From NCBI GenBank assembly GCA_040902005.1, contig JBBDYA010000121.1:1-64000 (forward strand): 64,000 nucleotides of DNA, written 5' to 3'. Each line of letters starts with the position of its first letter. Position 1 is the stretch's first letter. Source of the stretch: Gemmatimonadaceae bacterium (GTDB lineage: Bacteria > Gemmatimonadota > Gemmatimonadetes > Gemmatimonadales > Gemmatimonadaceae). Below the pieces are notes generated by a model that saw nothing but the letters and a program-made list of their open reading frames with translations, was not told the DNA's origin and searched no databases. This document shows positions 39,320-49,072 of this stretch, in pieces. Made by a program: the position numbers and the translations under genes.

Positions 39320-40561
39320 ATGACCGCACAGCAGCGACCGGGTATCTTGGTGACGGCCCCCCTCGCGAAGGCGATCACGGAACAGCTTACCGACCACCTC
39401 GTTCACCCCCGTCGGAACCGCGTCCCCGCGTGGCGGCGGCGCCTGAGCGGGCCGTATTGGCTGCGGCGACCGTTCCTGATCATCCGCGATCTGCTGGCCA
39501 GCCGCGATCGCCCCAACCTGAAGCGGCTGGGCCGGATCGAGGATCCGGAGACGTTCGTGTGGTCGATCCTGCCGCACGCCGCCCGAACGTTTTCGGCGTG
39601 CATCGCGCTGTTGCCCGCCCGCTCGGCGCTTCCGGCCGCCGTGGCCTATCTGTATTGCCGGATGCTGGACACCTACGAAGACCTGATGCCGGATCGAATC
39701 GCGCGCGAGGCATCGCTCGCGGCCTTCGCGGCACGGTTCGATGGGGGGGGGGGCAGCACGACGGGCACTCTGGCGGCTGCGCCGGCGATCGGCGTCGCGA
39801 CGGACCTGGACGACCGGGATCGAGCCCACCTCCTGCTGGTCCAGCGCGCACATCTGGTGGATCGCGTCTTCCTGTCGTTCGACCTCACCACCCGGGGGGT
39901 CGTGCGCGACCTGGTGCGTGACATGGCCGAGGGTATGCGCTGGTCGTCGGCGACGTTCGCGGCGAACGGCGGTGTGCTCACCGGCGAGAACGAGCTGACG
40001 CAGTACTGCCGCCACGTACTGGGAAATCCGGTCGTCTTCAGCGTGCGCCTGCTGCGGCTGCACTATGGCAACCACGCGGACCTCACGCCCAGCGAGCGGG
40101 AGGACGCGATGCGCGTAGGGGAGATGGTCCAGCTGGCGAACATCACTCGCGACGTGGAGAAGGACCTTCGCCGGGGCATCGCCTACGACGGCATGCTGAA
40201 ATCCGACCTCGGCCGCGATCCCCGCACCGAGGGCGACGCCCCGCTCTCGCAGCGATGCCGAATAGTGCGCGAGCGCCTGTCCGGCCTGGCCCTGCAGCGC
40301 GCGCCGTCGTACGCGCGCGTCGTGGAGTCGATCCATCTGCCGCCGATGAGCGTTGCGCGCGCCTCGGCCGTGCTCATGCTGCTCTTCACGGAGCGCTATT
40401 TTCGAAACAGTGCGCGTCGGCTCGGGAATCCGGTGTGGGACGGCCCGAGCGCGGCGCCTGTGATGTTGACTCGCGCCATCGCCGCGACCTTCTCGCGGCC
40501 CGCGGCGCAGCGCGAATTCGCGCGCGTGGAGCGGGCATTCCTCCAGGCGAGTCAGTCCTGA
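39320..40561 (+). CDS. squalene/phytoene synthase family protein
   Basis: ARTFSACI, YLYCRMLDTYED, QLANITRDVEKD Asp-rich motifs. Confidence 0.85.
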   Translation: MTAQQRPGILVTAPLAKAITEQLTDHLVHPRRNRVPAWRRRLSGPYWLRRPFLIIRDLLASRDRPNLKRLGRIEDPETFVWSILPHAARTFSACIALLPARSALPAAVAYLYCRMLDTYEDLMPDRIAREASLAAFAARFDGGGGSTTGTLAAAPAIGVATDLDDRDRAHLLLVQRAHLVDRVFLSFDLTTRGVVRDLVRDMAEGMRWSSATFAANGGVLTGENELTQYCRHVLGNPVVFSVRLLRLHYGNHADLTPSEREDAMRVGEMVQLANITRDVEKDLRRGIAYDGMLKSDLGRDPRTEGDAPLSQRCRIVRERLSGLALQRAPSYARVVESIHLPPMSVARASAVLMLLFTERYFRNSARRLGNPVWDGPSAAPVMLTRAIAATFSRPAAQREFARVERAFLQASQS

Positions 40562-41319
40562 GTCCGGACGCCCGTGTGGATCGCGGCGATCCCGAGGGTG
40601 AGCGATTCCCAGCGAACTTCACGGAACCCCGCCTGCCGCATCCGCTCCGACAGTTCGGCCGCCGAGGGAAAGTGCTGCACCGACGCCGGGAGATATCGGT
40701 ACGCGCTCCAGTTGCCGCTGACGAGCGCGCCAATACGCGGCAGCACATGATGGAAATACAGATGGTAGGCGGCGCGAACGACGCGAAGGCGAGGGGTGGA
40801 GAACTCGAGAATCACGAAGCGCGCACCGGGACGCAGCACGCGGTGCACTTCCGCCAGCCCCGCATCCAGATCGGCGAGGTTCCGTGCGCCGAACGCCACA
40901 ACGGCGCCGGCGGCGCTCCGGTCCGGGAGCGGGAGCGCCAGCGCATCCGCCGCGACCGCGTGCACCGGGCGCCCCCCGATCTTGGCGGTGCCGGCGCGCA
41001 GCATCGGTTCGGCAAAGTCGGCACCGATAATCGTCCCCGCAAAGCCGGGGTGAGCGGACAGCTCCGCCGCCACATCGAGCGTGCCGGCGCAGAGATCGAG
41101 AAACAGACCCGCTGGCTCGCGCTCCCAGCCCAGGGCACGGATCGCGCGCCGCCGCCACCGTTTGTCGGTGTTGAATGACAGCAGATGGTTGAGCAGGTCG
41201 TACCGGGGCGCGATGTCGGAAAACATCGCCCGGACAAAGGCCCGCTTGCCGCGACTGCCGCTGGCCGCCTCCAGCGCGCTACGTTCCTCTACCTGCCGCT
41301 GCATTTCCGCTGGAGCCAT
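40552..41319 (-). CDS. menG: demethylmenaquinone / ubiquinone C-methyltransferase (MenG/UbiE)
   Basis: MFSDIAPRYDLLNHLLS, LDLCAGT, FGARN, ILEFS, YRYLPASV; start uncertain. Confidence 0.88.
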   Translation of the reverse strand: MAPAEMQRQVEERSALEAASGSRGKRAFVRAMFSDIAPRYDLLNHLLSFNTDKRWRRRAIRALGWEREPAGLFLDLCAGTLDVAAELSAHPGFAGTIIGADFAEPMLRAGTAKIGGRPVHAVAADALALPLPDRSAAGAVVAFGARNLADLDAGLAEVHRVLRPGARFVILEFSTPRLRVVRAAYHLYFHHVLPRIGALVSGNWSAYRYLPASVQHFPSAAELSERMRQAGFREVRWESLTLGIAAIHTGVRTQD

Positions 41320-41371
41320 TGGTGGAAGCTCGTAGCGTGCCCGAGCAGCGGCAAGCATCTTCCACCCGCGA

Positions 41372-42013
41372 ATGACGCCGACTCAAGTCCTCGATCTCGC
41401 GAATCTGCCCGATGCCGACGTCGTTGCACTGGCGCAGCAGGGACGCGAGCCCGCGTACCGTGAACTCATCCGGCGATACGAGCGCCCGGTGTTCTCGCTC
41501 GTGTTTCGCATGGTCCGCGACCGCGAGCTCGCCGAGGACCTGACGCAGGACACGTTCATCAAGGTCCTCACTCATGTCGACAAGTACCGCGCGGAATTCA
41601 AGTTCTCCAGCTGGCTGTTCAAGATCGCGAACAACGTGGCGATCGATCACCTGCGCCGCCGCCAGCTGGACACGATCAGCATCGAAGGGTCGCCGCACGC
41701 GACCAGCGCGGACCTCGTTGATGCGACGGCGTTCGAACTCACGGCCCAGGGCGAGTCCCCGCTGCAGGAGATGGAAGCCCGCGAGCTGGGTTCGGAAATC
41801 GAGCGCGCGATCGCGCACCTGCGCCCCGAGTATCGGGCCTGCATCCTCCTGCGCCACGTGGAGGACAAGTCGTACGAAGAGATTGCCGCCACGCTGGACC
41901 TGCCACTGGGCACCGTCAAGACGTACATCCATCGCGCCCGCCACGAGCTGCGCATACTGCTGGAACACGTTCGGGAAGGGACCGCCGGCCCCCCCATCGG
42001 AGATTCCGCGTGA
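41372..42013 (+). CDS. ECF sigma-70 factor (SigW/RpoE-like)
   Basis: AEDLTQDTF, FSSWLFKIANN, SYEEIA, LGTVKTYIHRAR. Confidence 0.95.
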   Translation: MTPTQVLDLANLPDADVVALAQQGREPAYRELIRRYERPVFSLVFRMVRDRELAEDLTQDTFIKVLTHVDKYRAEFKFSSWLFKIANNVAIDHLRRRQLDTISIEGSPHATSADLVDATAFELTAQGESPLQEMEARELGSEIERAIAHLRPEYRACILLRHVEDKSYEEIAATLDLPLGTVKTYIHRARHELRILLEHVREGTAGPPIGDSA

Positions 42014-42073
42014 TCCGGCTCACAACGGGCTCAGCCCTTTCGTCCGGAACGGGCATGCACCTGCACCGTCCGT

Positions 42074-42100
42074 TGAAACCACCCCATCCGTCAGGCCGTA
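42074..42100 (+). promoter_or_regulatory. putative ECF (SigW-type) promoter TGAAAC-N17-CGTA
   Basis: Close to the B. subtilis sigma-W consensus TGAAAC-N16-CGTA; followed by a GGAGG SD and the anti-sigma GTG. Confidence 0.6.
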
Positions 42101-42117
42101 GGTAGGCCGGAGGACTT

Positions 42118-42705
42118 GTGCACCACAGGCATCTATTACCCAACGAAATCGACCTGCTTCTCGACGAGGAGACGGGTTTCGGCGTCCAGCCGCTGCGGGA
42201 GCACGTCCACGGCTGTGAGGAGTGCCGCGTTCGCCTCGCAGAGTCCAGGGCAGTCGCGGACTCGCTTTCCGCGCTTCCGACCATGGCCCCGCGCATCGGC
42301 ATGAGCGACCGGGTCATGGCGCGGGTTCCTGTGTTCGTGCCGTGGGATGTGGCCGCGCGCGATGCGGTCCAGGAATGGGTCCCCACGGGGCCGGCGGCGC
42401 GCGCCATCGCGGCCGTCCTCGTCGCCGTCGTCGGCACCCTGGTCACCGGCCTCACGCTCTGGATCGCCACACGCGGCGACCTGATTGCCATGCTCACCGG
42501 CCTGGCGGGCGAGGGGATCCTTGCCACGGCCACGGGTGTCTTCGACGAATTCGTGCTGGCCTTGTTCGGTCCTCAGGTGATCCAGTCGGTCCAGCTGGTG
42601 GGACCGATCGGCATCGCGCTGGCCGCGGGCGGGTTCCTCCTCGCCATGCTCGCCACCGTACTCGGACTTCGACGGATCGCGACCTCGGGCCGCGCGCGGA
42701 GCTGA
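42118..42705 (+). CDS. zinc-binding anti-sigma factor with TM helices
   Basis: HVHGCEEC (HxxxCxxC) motif, two hydrophobic segments, directly after the ECF sigma gene. Confidence 0.85.
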   Translation: MHHRHLLPNEIDLLLDEETGFGVQPLREHVHGCEECRVRLAESRAVADSLSALPTMAPRIGMSDRVMARVPVFVPWDVAARDAVQEWVPTGPAARAIAAVLVAVVGTLVTGLTLWIATRGDLIAMLTGLAGEGILATATGVFDEFVLALFGPQVIQSVQLVGPIGIALAAGGFLLAMLATVLGLRRIATSGRARS

Positions 42706-42707
42706 CC

Positions 42708-43820
42708 ATGGCGCGCGCGCTCCTGTTGGGCGCGCTGGCCGCGGTCACCCTCGCCGCGCCAGCGCCTGCCCGCTCACAGCAATCCACCGACTCAATCTCC
42801 GCGCGCGCGATGGATGGCCGGTTGCGGCTGGAGATCGCGCTCCTGTCCCGCCTGCTGGCCGCGGACGTGCCGCGCGCGGACAACTTCACCGTGGGCAACC
42901 ATGAAATCGCTGCGGGAACGGTGGCGACAGGCACCGTGGCCGTGGCCCGCGGGGACATCGCCGTGCACGGGCGCATTGACGGGGATGCACTCGTGCTGCA
43001 CGGCGATATCATCGTTCACCCAGGCGGATCCATCAGCGGCAACGCCATTTCCGTGGACGGCGGCGTGCGCACGGCGGGTGGGATCATCGAGGGAGACATC
43101 CGCACCATCCGCGGCATCACTGGTAGCCTGTTCGCGCGAACGGGCGGGAGCGCGGCGCAAGCCGACCCCGTGACCACCTGGGGCGCCCTCAAGATGGTGA
43201 TCGGCTGGTTCGCCGTGCTCTGCGCCATGGGCATCGGCGTGCTCCTGTTCGCCGAGAAGAATCTCGACGGCGTCGTCCTCACGCTCGAGCAGCAATTCGG
43301 TCGCGCGTTCTGGATGGGAGCGCTGGCTCAGCTCGCGGCGGTTCCCGCGCTGTTGCTGCTCGTCGTCGGCCTCGCCATCACGTTGCTCGGCATCCTGCTG
43401 ATTCCCTTCGCGATCGTGGCATACGTGATCGCGCTCACCGGCCTGCTCACGCTCGGCTTTCTGGCCGCGGCGCGGTTCACCGGGCGGGCCTTTGCGCGCG
43501 GCACCGGCGAGTCGCGCGCCATCAGCCTTCGCTCGCTGCTCGCGGGATTGATCCTCTACCTCGGGCTCTGGATGCTGGCGGCTGCGTTCGTGTCGAGTCC
43601 CGTGCTCGGATCGGTGATGCGAGCGGTCGCGCTCGCGGGCAGTTGGGTGGCGGTGACGCTCGGGCTGGGTGCCACCATCATCTCGCGGGCCGGCACGCGC
43701 CGCGCCTCGGCGCCGTCCGCCCGCGCAGCGCCGGTGAGTGACATGGCCTGGCAGACCCCCACACCAGTCACGGGTGTCGTCGCGGCGCGACGCCCCGTCC
43801 CCGCGAAGGAAGGGGCGTAG
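42708..43820 (+). CDS. bactofilin-like beta-helix domain fused to a multi-pass membrane domain
   Basis: Signal peptide, GDIAVHGRIDGDALVLHGD repeats, then several TM segments. Confidence 0.72.
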   Translation: MARALLLGALAAVTLAAPAPARSQQSTDSISARAMDGRLRLEIALLSRLLAADVPRADNFTVGNHEIAAGTVATGTVAVARGDIAVHGRIDGDALVLHGDIIVHPGGSISGNAISVDGGVRTAGGIIEGDIRTIRGITGSLFARTGGSAAQADPVTTWGALKMVIGWFAVLCAMGIGVLLFAEKNLDGVVLTLEQQFGRAFWMGALAQLAAVPALLLLVVGLAITLLGILLIPFAIVAYVIALTGLLTLGFLAAARFTGRAFARGTGESRAISLRSLLAGLILYLGLWMLAAAFVSSPVLGSVMRAVALAGSWVAVTLGLGATIISRAGTRRASAPSARAAPVSDMAWQTPTPVTGVVAARRPVPAKEGA

Positions 43821-43883
43821 CAGCCCCTGGGCGGTCGGGAGCGTAGCGGTCCCGTCGGCGCGGCCCTTGCGCTGACGGGCACA

Positions 43884-44807
43884 ATGGTCCTGATGGGATT
43901 CGACATCAGCACACTGCTGAAGAGGACGGGAAGGAAGACTCTGGACGACCGCGTCACGACGCTGGCAGCCCAGACGGCGTATTACTCCTTCTTCTCCCTG
44001 TTTCCGCTGCTGCTGTTCCTCGCCCCGCTGATGACCCTGCTGGTGGACCAGGGCGCCATGATGCAGTTCGTAACCGGGCGGCTGAGCGCCGTCCTTCCGC
44101 CCGAGGCACTGGAGCCCGTCACGAAGGTGCTTACCGACGGCGTGTTCGTGGACGACGCCCCGGGACTCATGTCCATCGGTGCGGTGCTCGCCGCGTGGTC
44201 CGGCTCGAACATCTTCCGCGCCCTCACGGTGGCATTGAACCTCGCGTACGAGGTGGAGGAGTTCCGGCCGTGGTGGCGGCAGCAGCTCGTTCGACTCGGC
44301 ATGCTCGCCGGAGGCGGCACGGTCATGATCGTTGCAACGGTCGTCCTGTTGGCCGGGGACACGATCGCCCGGGCGGTTGGCGCGGCCGTGGGCCTCGGGA
44401 CGCAGACGGTGGCCCTCTGGAACTTCATCCAGTTCCCGGTGGCTTTCGCCTTCGTGGTGCTCCTGGCCTTTCTCATCTACTGGCTTCTGCCGAACGTGCG
44501 CCAGAGAAAACGACACGTACTGGTAGCGGCGATCATCACGTCCGTACTGTGGCTGATGGCAACCCTGCTGTTCCGGTTCTACGTGCAGCATTTTCCCCCG
44601 AACCCCGCCTACGGCGTGATCGGCGGAATCATGATCCTGCTCACCTGGATGTACGTCACGATGTTCGTGGTGCTCGCCGTGGGTGAATTGGCGTCTGAGA
44701 TGCACAAGGGCACGGGTGCCGTTAACGGCCGCGAGGGTACGACCTACTTTGGCCGGATCGTTTCCGGCGAGCGGCCCGGCCAGACCTCCCGCACTAGCGC
44801 AGCGTGA
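43884..44807 (+). CDS. YihY/BrkB family membrane protein
   Basis: AAQTAYYSFFSLFPLLL, ALNLAY, YWLLPN, YGVIGGIMILLTWMY. Confidence 0.92.
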   Translation: MVLMGFDISTLLKRTGRKTLDDRVTTLAAQTAYYSFFSLFPLLLFLAPLMTLLVDQGAMMQFVTGRLSAVLPPEALEPVTKVLTDGVFVDDAPGLMSIGAVLAAWSGSNIFRALTVALNLAYEVEEFRPWWRQQLVRLGMLAGGGTVMIVATVVLLAGDTIARAVGAAVGLGTQTVALWNFIQFPVAFAFVVLLAFLIYWLLPNVRQRKRHVLVAAIITSVLWLMATLLFRFYVQHFPPNPAYGVIGGIMILLTWMYVTMFVVLAVGELASEMHKGTGAVNGREGTTYFGRIVSGERPGQTSRTSAA

Positions 44808-45537
44808 CGGGCGCGCCGCGCGCGAGCCGCAGCACGTCAGCCGCGCGTCCCTCGCGCACCACGATTTCGATGAATCCGGAGGAACCGGTCACGGCACCTG
44901 CCTCTCCGCGGGGAAGGTCCGCATAGGTACGGCACAGCGGAAGCTCGTGCCCGGCGACCGACACGATCGAGCCGCGCGCGGCGAGGAGACTGGTGATGGC
45001 GTTGCCGAACCGGTCGATCGCGATGACCTCACCCTGCAGCTCGCCCGCGGCGGACCGCTGCGCCAGCGGCGTCCGCAGGATCACTGGCGACGCCGCCACC
45101 TCGCCGAGGGCGTCGAGTGGGTCGCCGTTGGCAAGCCGCGCCGCGGCCGGCGCGAAGACGTCACGTCCGTGAAAGGTGGGCGCGGCGCCGGCCGGCACCG
45201 GGATCACGACGGCGCGCGCGCGGGTGATGACGAGCGCCGGCGAGAGCAGACCGTTGTCAGGTCCGACCAGGAAGCGACCCTCACACTCTACCGCCAGCGC
45301 GGCCCGCGACGAACCCACGCCCGGATCCACCACAGCGAGGTGCACCGTGCCGGCCGGAAAACGCTGCCAGTAGCGCGCCAGGGTCAACCGGCCGAGCTGG
45401 ACGTCGTGTGGCGCGAGCTCGTGCGAGATGTCCACCAGCACGGCAGCGGGCGCGTCGTTGAGGAGCACGCCCTTCATCTCACCGACAAATCCGTCCGCGG
45501 TGCCGAAATCGGTCAGCAATGTGATAATCGGCGACAT
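44794..45537 (-). CDS. SAM hydroxide adenosyltransferase (DUF62; fluorinase/chlorinase superfamily)
   Basis: ITLLTDFG, HLAVVDPGVG, GPDNG, TFHGRDVF, IDRFGN. Confidence 0.92.
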   Translation of the reverse strand: MSPIITLLTDFGTADGFVGEMKGVLLNDAPAAVLVDISHELAPHDVQLGRLTLARYWQRFPAGTVHLAVVDPGVGSSRAALAVECEGRFLVGPDNGLLSPALVITRARAVVIPVPAGAAPTFHGRDVFAPAAARLANGDPLDALGEVAASPVILRTPLAQRSAAGELQGEVIAIDRFGNAITSLLAARGSIVSVAGHELPLCRTYADLPRGEAGAVTGSSGFIEIVVREGRAADVLRLARGAPVTLR

Positions 45538-45553
45538 GCGACCGCCCGACGGG

Positions 45554-46420
45554 TTACGCCGGCCCGCCCGGTGGCGCCTCCGCACTCGCGTCGGCCAGCC
45601 GCTGGGCGATGGCGACCAGCGCCCGCGCCGCCGCGGAGGTCGCATCCGCGACCACCAGCGGCTCACCGCGGTCCGCCCCCTCCATGATCCGCGGATACAG
45701 GGGAACCTGGCCGAGCAGGGGCAGCCCCAGCTCCGCGGCGAGCCGCTCGCCGCCGCCGGAACCGAACAGGGCGCTCGGCTTGCCGCAGTGCGGGCACTCG
45801 AACCAGCTCATGTTCTCGATGATGCCGAGCACGGGGACATTCACGCGCTGGAACATCTTGGCACCGCGCAGCGCGTCGCCCACGGAGACTTCCTGCGGCG
45901 TCGTCACGATCACCGCGCCCCGCACCATCGTGGCCTGCACGAGCGAAAGTTGCGCGTCGCCGGTGCCCGGCGGCATGTCGACGATGAAGTAGTCCAGCTC
46001 CCCCCAGGCGACGTCCCGCAGGAACTGATTCATGATCTTCATCACGATCGGGCCCCGCCAGATCGCGGGTTGATCCCGTTCGATCAGGAACCCCAGACTG
46101 ATGATCTTCACCCCGTGGGCCTCGAGCGGAACAATCTTCTCGTTCAACACGGCCGGCGGCGAGTTCACGCCCATCATCCTGGGGATATTCGGCCCGTAGA
46201 CGTCGGCGTCCATCAACCCGACGCGCGCGCCCGACTGGGCCAGCGCAACGGCGAGGTTCGTCGCGATCGTGGACTTCCCCACTCCACCCTTGCCGCTCGA
46301 GATCGCGATCACGCGACCCAGCTCGGGATACGCGACTGGCTGCTGCGGGGCCGGCACCCGCTGCTGGGCCGGACGGTCCTGCATGACGGGCAGGGAGCGG
46401 CCCGGGCCTTTTTCACTCAT
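45554..46420 (-). CDS. mrp: Mrp/ApbC/NBP35 Fe-S carrier ATPase
   Basis: SGKGGVGKST, DADVYGP, DMPPGTGD, ENMSWFECPHC. Confidence 0.95.
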   Translation of the reverse strand: MSEKGPGRSLPVMQDRPAQQRVPAPQQPVAYPELGRVIAISSGKGGVGKSTIATNLAVALAQSGARVGLMDADVYGPNIPRMMGVNSPPAVLNEKIVPLEAHGVKIISLGFLIERDQPAIWRGPIVMKIMNQFLRDVAWGELDYFIVDMPPGTGDAQLSLVQATMVRGAVIVTTPQEVSVGDALRGAKMFQRVNVPVLGIIENMSWFECPHCGKPSALFGSGGGERLAAELGLPLLGQVPLYPRIMEGADRGEPLVVADATSAAARALVAIAQRLADASAEAPPGGPA

Positions 46421-46432
46421 GCCGCGCAACCT

Positions 46433-46476
46433 AAGGTGAGCGAGCGCGCTACAGCAAACATGGCGCGCAGCTCACC
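46433..46476 (+). repeat. REP-like palindromic element, copy 2
   Basis: AAGGTGAGCGAGCGCGC-N13-GCGCGCAGCTCACC. Confidence 0.8.
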
Positions 46477-47486
46477 TAGAGAGATTGGCGCGCGGCGGCG
46501 AGCACGCGCTCGCGAACGTCGTCGAGGGATCCGGTGATGAGGGCGCCGGCCGCGCGGGCATGTCCACCCCCGCCGAACCCGCGCGCGAATGAGTTCACGT
46601 CCACGCCTCCAGTGCTCCGAAACGACACCTTGACCTTCCCGTGCCCCAGGTCGCGGAAGAACACGGCCATCCGGGTGCCCGCAACCGTTCGTGCGTGCTC
46701 CACGATGCCGTCCAGGTCCTCCTGTCTGACCTTGTGGCGCTCCAGCACGCCGGCGGGCATGGACAGCCAGCTCAGGCCCTTCTGCTCGTCGACGCCCAGG
46801 GTCTGGAGCACCTCCGCCAGCAGCCGCACGCGGCCTACGGGGGCGGACGCATAGACGCGCTGGTACATCTCCTCGGGGTCCACACCCGTCGCCAGCAGGT
46901 CGGCCGCCACGGCGTGGCAGCGCGGTGTGGTGTTGCTGAAGCGGAATCCGCCGGTGTCAGTGAGGATGGCGCTGTACAGCGACCGGGCGATGTCGGGCGT
47001 GATCTCGAATCCCAGTTCGCGAGCCAAGTCGTACACCAGTTCGCCGGTGGCGCAGGCGCTGGTGTCGGTGAGCACGACGTCGCCCGCGGGATCGTCGGAC
47101 GCGATGTGATGGTCGATCACCAGGCGCGGTACGCGCAGCGCCCGGACCCGGTCCGCCAGCTGGCCCAGGCGGTTCACGTCGCTGATGTCCAGCACGATCA
47201 GGAGGTCGATGTCCGCCAGCGCGCTCGCCCCGTCGGGCGTGCGGTCCGCCACGTCGTCGCCGAGCAGAAACCTGAACAGGTCGGGCCACGGGGTGGGATT
47301 CACGATGCGCACGTCCATGCCCCGCTGGGCGAGCAACCGCGCGAGCCCGGTCTCCGATCCACAGCCGTCACCGTCCGCATTGATGTGCGTCGAGAGCGCC
47401 ACGCGCCGGCCAGCCACGAATTCACGCGCGACGCGCTGGATGCCCTCGCGCCGCGCCGCGGAAATCCTGAAAAAATCCTGCTGCAT
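46476..47486 (-). CDS. nrnA: DHH/DHHA1 phosphoesterase, NrnA-like
   Basis: THINADGDGCGS, IDHH, TDTGGF, GGGGHARAAG. Confidence 0.9.
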   Translation of the reverse strand: MQQDFFRISAARREGIQRVAREFVAGRRVALSTHINADGDGCGSETGLARLLAQRGMDVRIVNPTPWPDLFRFLLGDDVADRTPDGASALADIDLLIVLDISDVNRLGQLADRVRALRVPRLVIDHHIASDDPAGDVVLTDTSACATGELVYDLARELGFEITPDIARSLYSAILTDTGGFRFSNTTPRCHAVAADLLATGVDPEEMYQRVYASAPVGRVRLLAEVLQTLGVDEQKGLSWLSMPAGVLERHKVRQEDLDGIVEHARTVAGTRMAVFFRDLGHGKVKVSFRSTGGVDVNSFARGFGGGGHARAAGALITGSLDDVRERVLAAARQSL

Positions 47487-47491
47487 CACGC

Positions 47492-49036
47492 TCAGCCGCT
47501 GTAGTTCGGCGCTTCTCTGGTAATCGTCACGTCGTGGGGGTGCGACTCGCGCAACCCGGCCATGGTGATGCGCACGAACTCCGTGTCGGCGCGCAGGGCG
47601 TCGATGGTGCCGCACCCCACGTACCCCATGCCGCTTCTGAGGCCGCCGACCATCTGGTAGAGCACGTCGCCCACGGGACCCTTGTACGGGACGCGTCCCT
47701 CGATGCCTTCGGGCACGAGCTTGCGCGGCGACAGCTCGCCCTCCTGGAAGTAGCGGTCCGCGCTACCATCCTGCATCGCGCTGAGCGAGCCCATGCCGCG
47801 CACCATCTTGTACCGGCGCCCCTCGAGCAGGAACGCTTCGCCCGGACTCTCCTCCGTGCCGGCGAGCATGGAGCCCATCATGACCGACGACGCTCCTGCC
47901 GCCAGCGCCTTCACGATGTCGCCGGAGTACTTGATGCCGCCGTCGGCGATGACGGGCACGTCGCCGGCGCCGGCGACGCAATCCATGATGGCCGTCAACT
48001 GCGGCACCCCCACGCCCGTGACCACGCGTGTGGTGCAGATCGATCCCGGTCCAACGCCGCACTTCACCGCGTCCACGCCGCGTTCCACGAGCGCGCTGGC
48101 GCCCTCGCGCGTGGCGACGTTCCCCGCGATCAGCTGGACGTCGGGGAATGCATCGCGCACTTGCGCCGTGGCCCGCAGCACCGCGTCGCTGTGCCCGTGC
48201 GCGGTGTCGATGATGATGGCGTCGACCCCGGCGTCCACCAGCGCCCGCGCGCGGGTGATGAAGTCACCGGCGGCGCCGATCGCCGCGGCCACCCGCAGTC
48301 GACCGTGCTGGTCCTTGTTTGCCTCGGGATAGCGGCGCCGCTTGTGAATGTCCTTGATGGTGATGAGGCCCTTGAGGTGGCGCTCCTTGTCCACCACCGG
48401 CAGCTTCTCGATGCGATGCTGCGCCAGGATCCGTTCAGCCTCGTCCAGCGTGGTGCCTTCGGGAGCCGTGACGAGCCGGTCCTTGGTCATCGCGTCGCGC
48501 AGCGGCCGGTCGAGTTCCCGCTCGAACTGGAGGTCGCGGTTGGTGATGATGCCGACCAGGCGGTCCTCCTCGTCCACGATGGGCACGCCGGAGATGCTGA
48601 AGCGCGCCATGAGCGCGGTGGCCGCGCGGACCGTATCGTCCGGCCGCAGCCGGAACGGCTTGAGAATCATCCCGCTCTCGCTGCGCTTCACGCGATCGGT
48701 TTCCGCCGCCTGGCGATCCACCGACATGTTCTTGTGCAGCACGCCGATGCCGCCCGCCCGCGCCATCGCGATGGCCATCTCGGATTCCGTCACCGTGTCC
48801 ATCGCCGCGGAGGCGAACGGCACCTGGATGCTGATCCCGCGCGAGAAGCGCGAGGCGGTCGAGACGTCCTTCGGGTGCGTGACGGAGTGTCGGGGTGTCA
48901 GCAGGACGTCGTCAAAGGTCAGCGCCACGTCCTCGCGCACGCGGGTCGCACTGCGCGGCGCTTCCATGCGCGACGGCCCGCCGCCAGGACGTTCCTGGAC
49001 CGCGGGCCGGGATGTCATTCGACTTTGGGTCGCCAT
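47492..49036 (-). CDS. guaB: IMP dehydrogenase
   Basis: [21 protein letters not shown] pair, [20 protein letters not shown]. Confidence 0.99.
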   Translation of the reverse strand: MATQSRMTSRPAVQERPGGGPSRMEAPRSATRVREDVALTFDDVLLTPRHSVTHPKDVSTASRFSRGISIQVPFASAAMDTVTESEMAIAMARAGGIGVLHKNMSVDRQAAETDRVKRSESGMILKPFRLRPDDTVRAATALMARFSISGVPIVDEEDRLVGIITNRDLQFERELDRPLRDAMTKDRLVTAPEGTTLDEAERILAQHRIEKLPVVDKERHLKGLITIKDIHKRRRYPEANKDQHGRLRVAAAIGAAGDFITRARALVDAGVDAIIIDTAHGHSDAVLRATAQVRDAFPDVQLIAGNVATREGASALVERGVDAVKCGVGPGSICTTRVVTGVGVPQLTAIMDCVAGAGDVPVIADGGIKYSGDIVKALAAGASSVMMGSMLAGTEESPGEAFLLEGRRYKMVRGMGSLSAMQDGSADRYFQEGELSPRKLVPEGIEGRVPYKGPVGDVLYQMVGGLRSGMGYVGCGTIDALRADTEFVRITMAGLRESHPHDVTITREAPNYSG

Positions 49037-49072
49037 GGTGAAACGTAAAGCGATCGATTCACGGCGTACAGG

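Noticed and set aside
44794..45537. Fluorinase or chlorinase implying halometabolite synthesis
   Set aside because: Housekeeping context and motifs fit the widespread DUF62 SAM hydrolase; no biosynthetic cluster nearby.
46433..46476. Resemblance of GAGCGAGCGCGC to the AAV Rep-binding element
   Set aside because: A short GC-rich match with no viral genes; likely coincidence.
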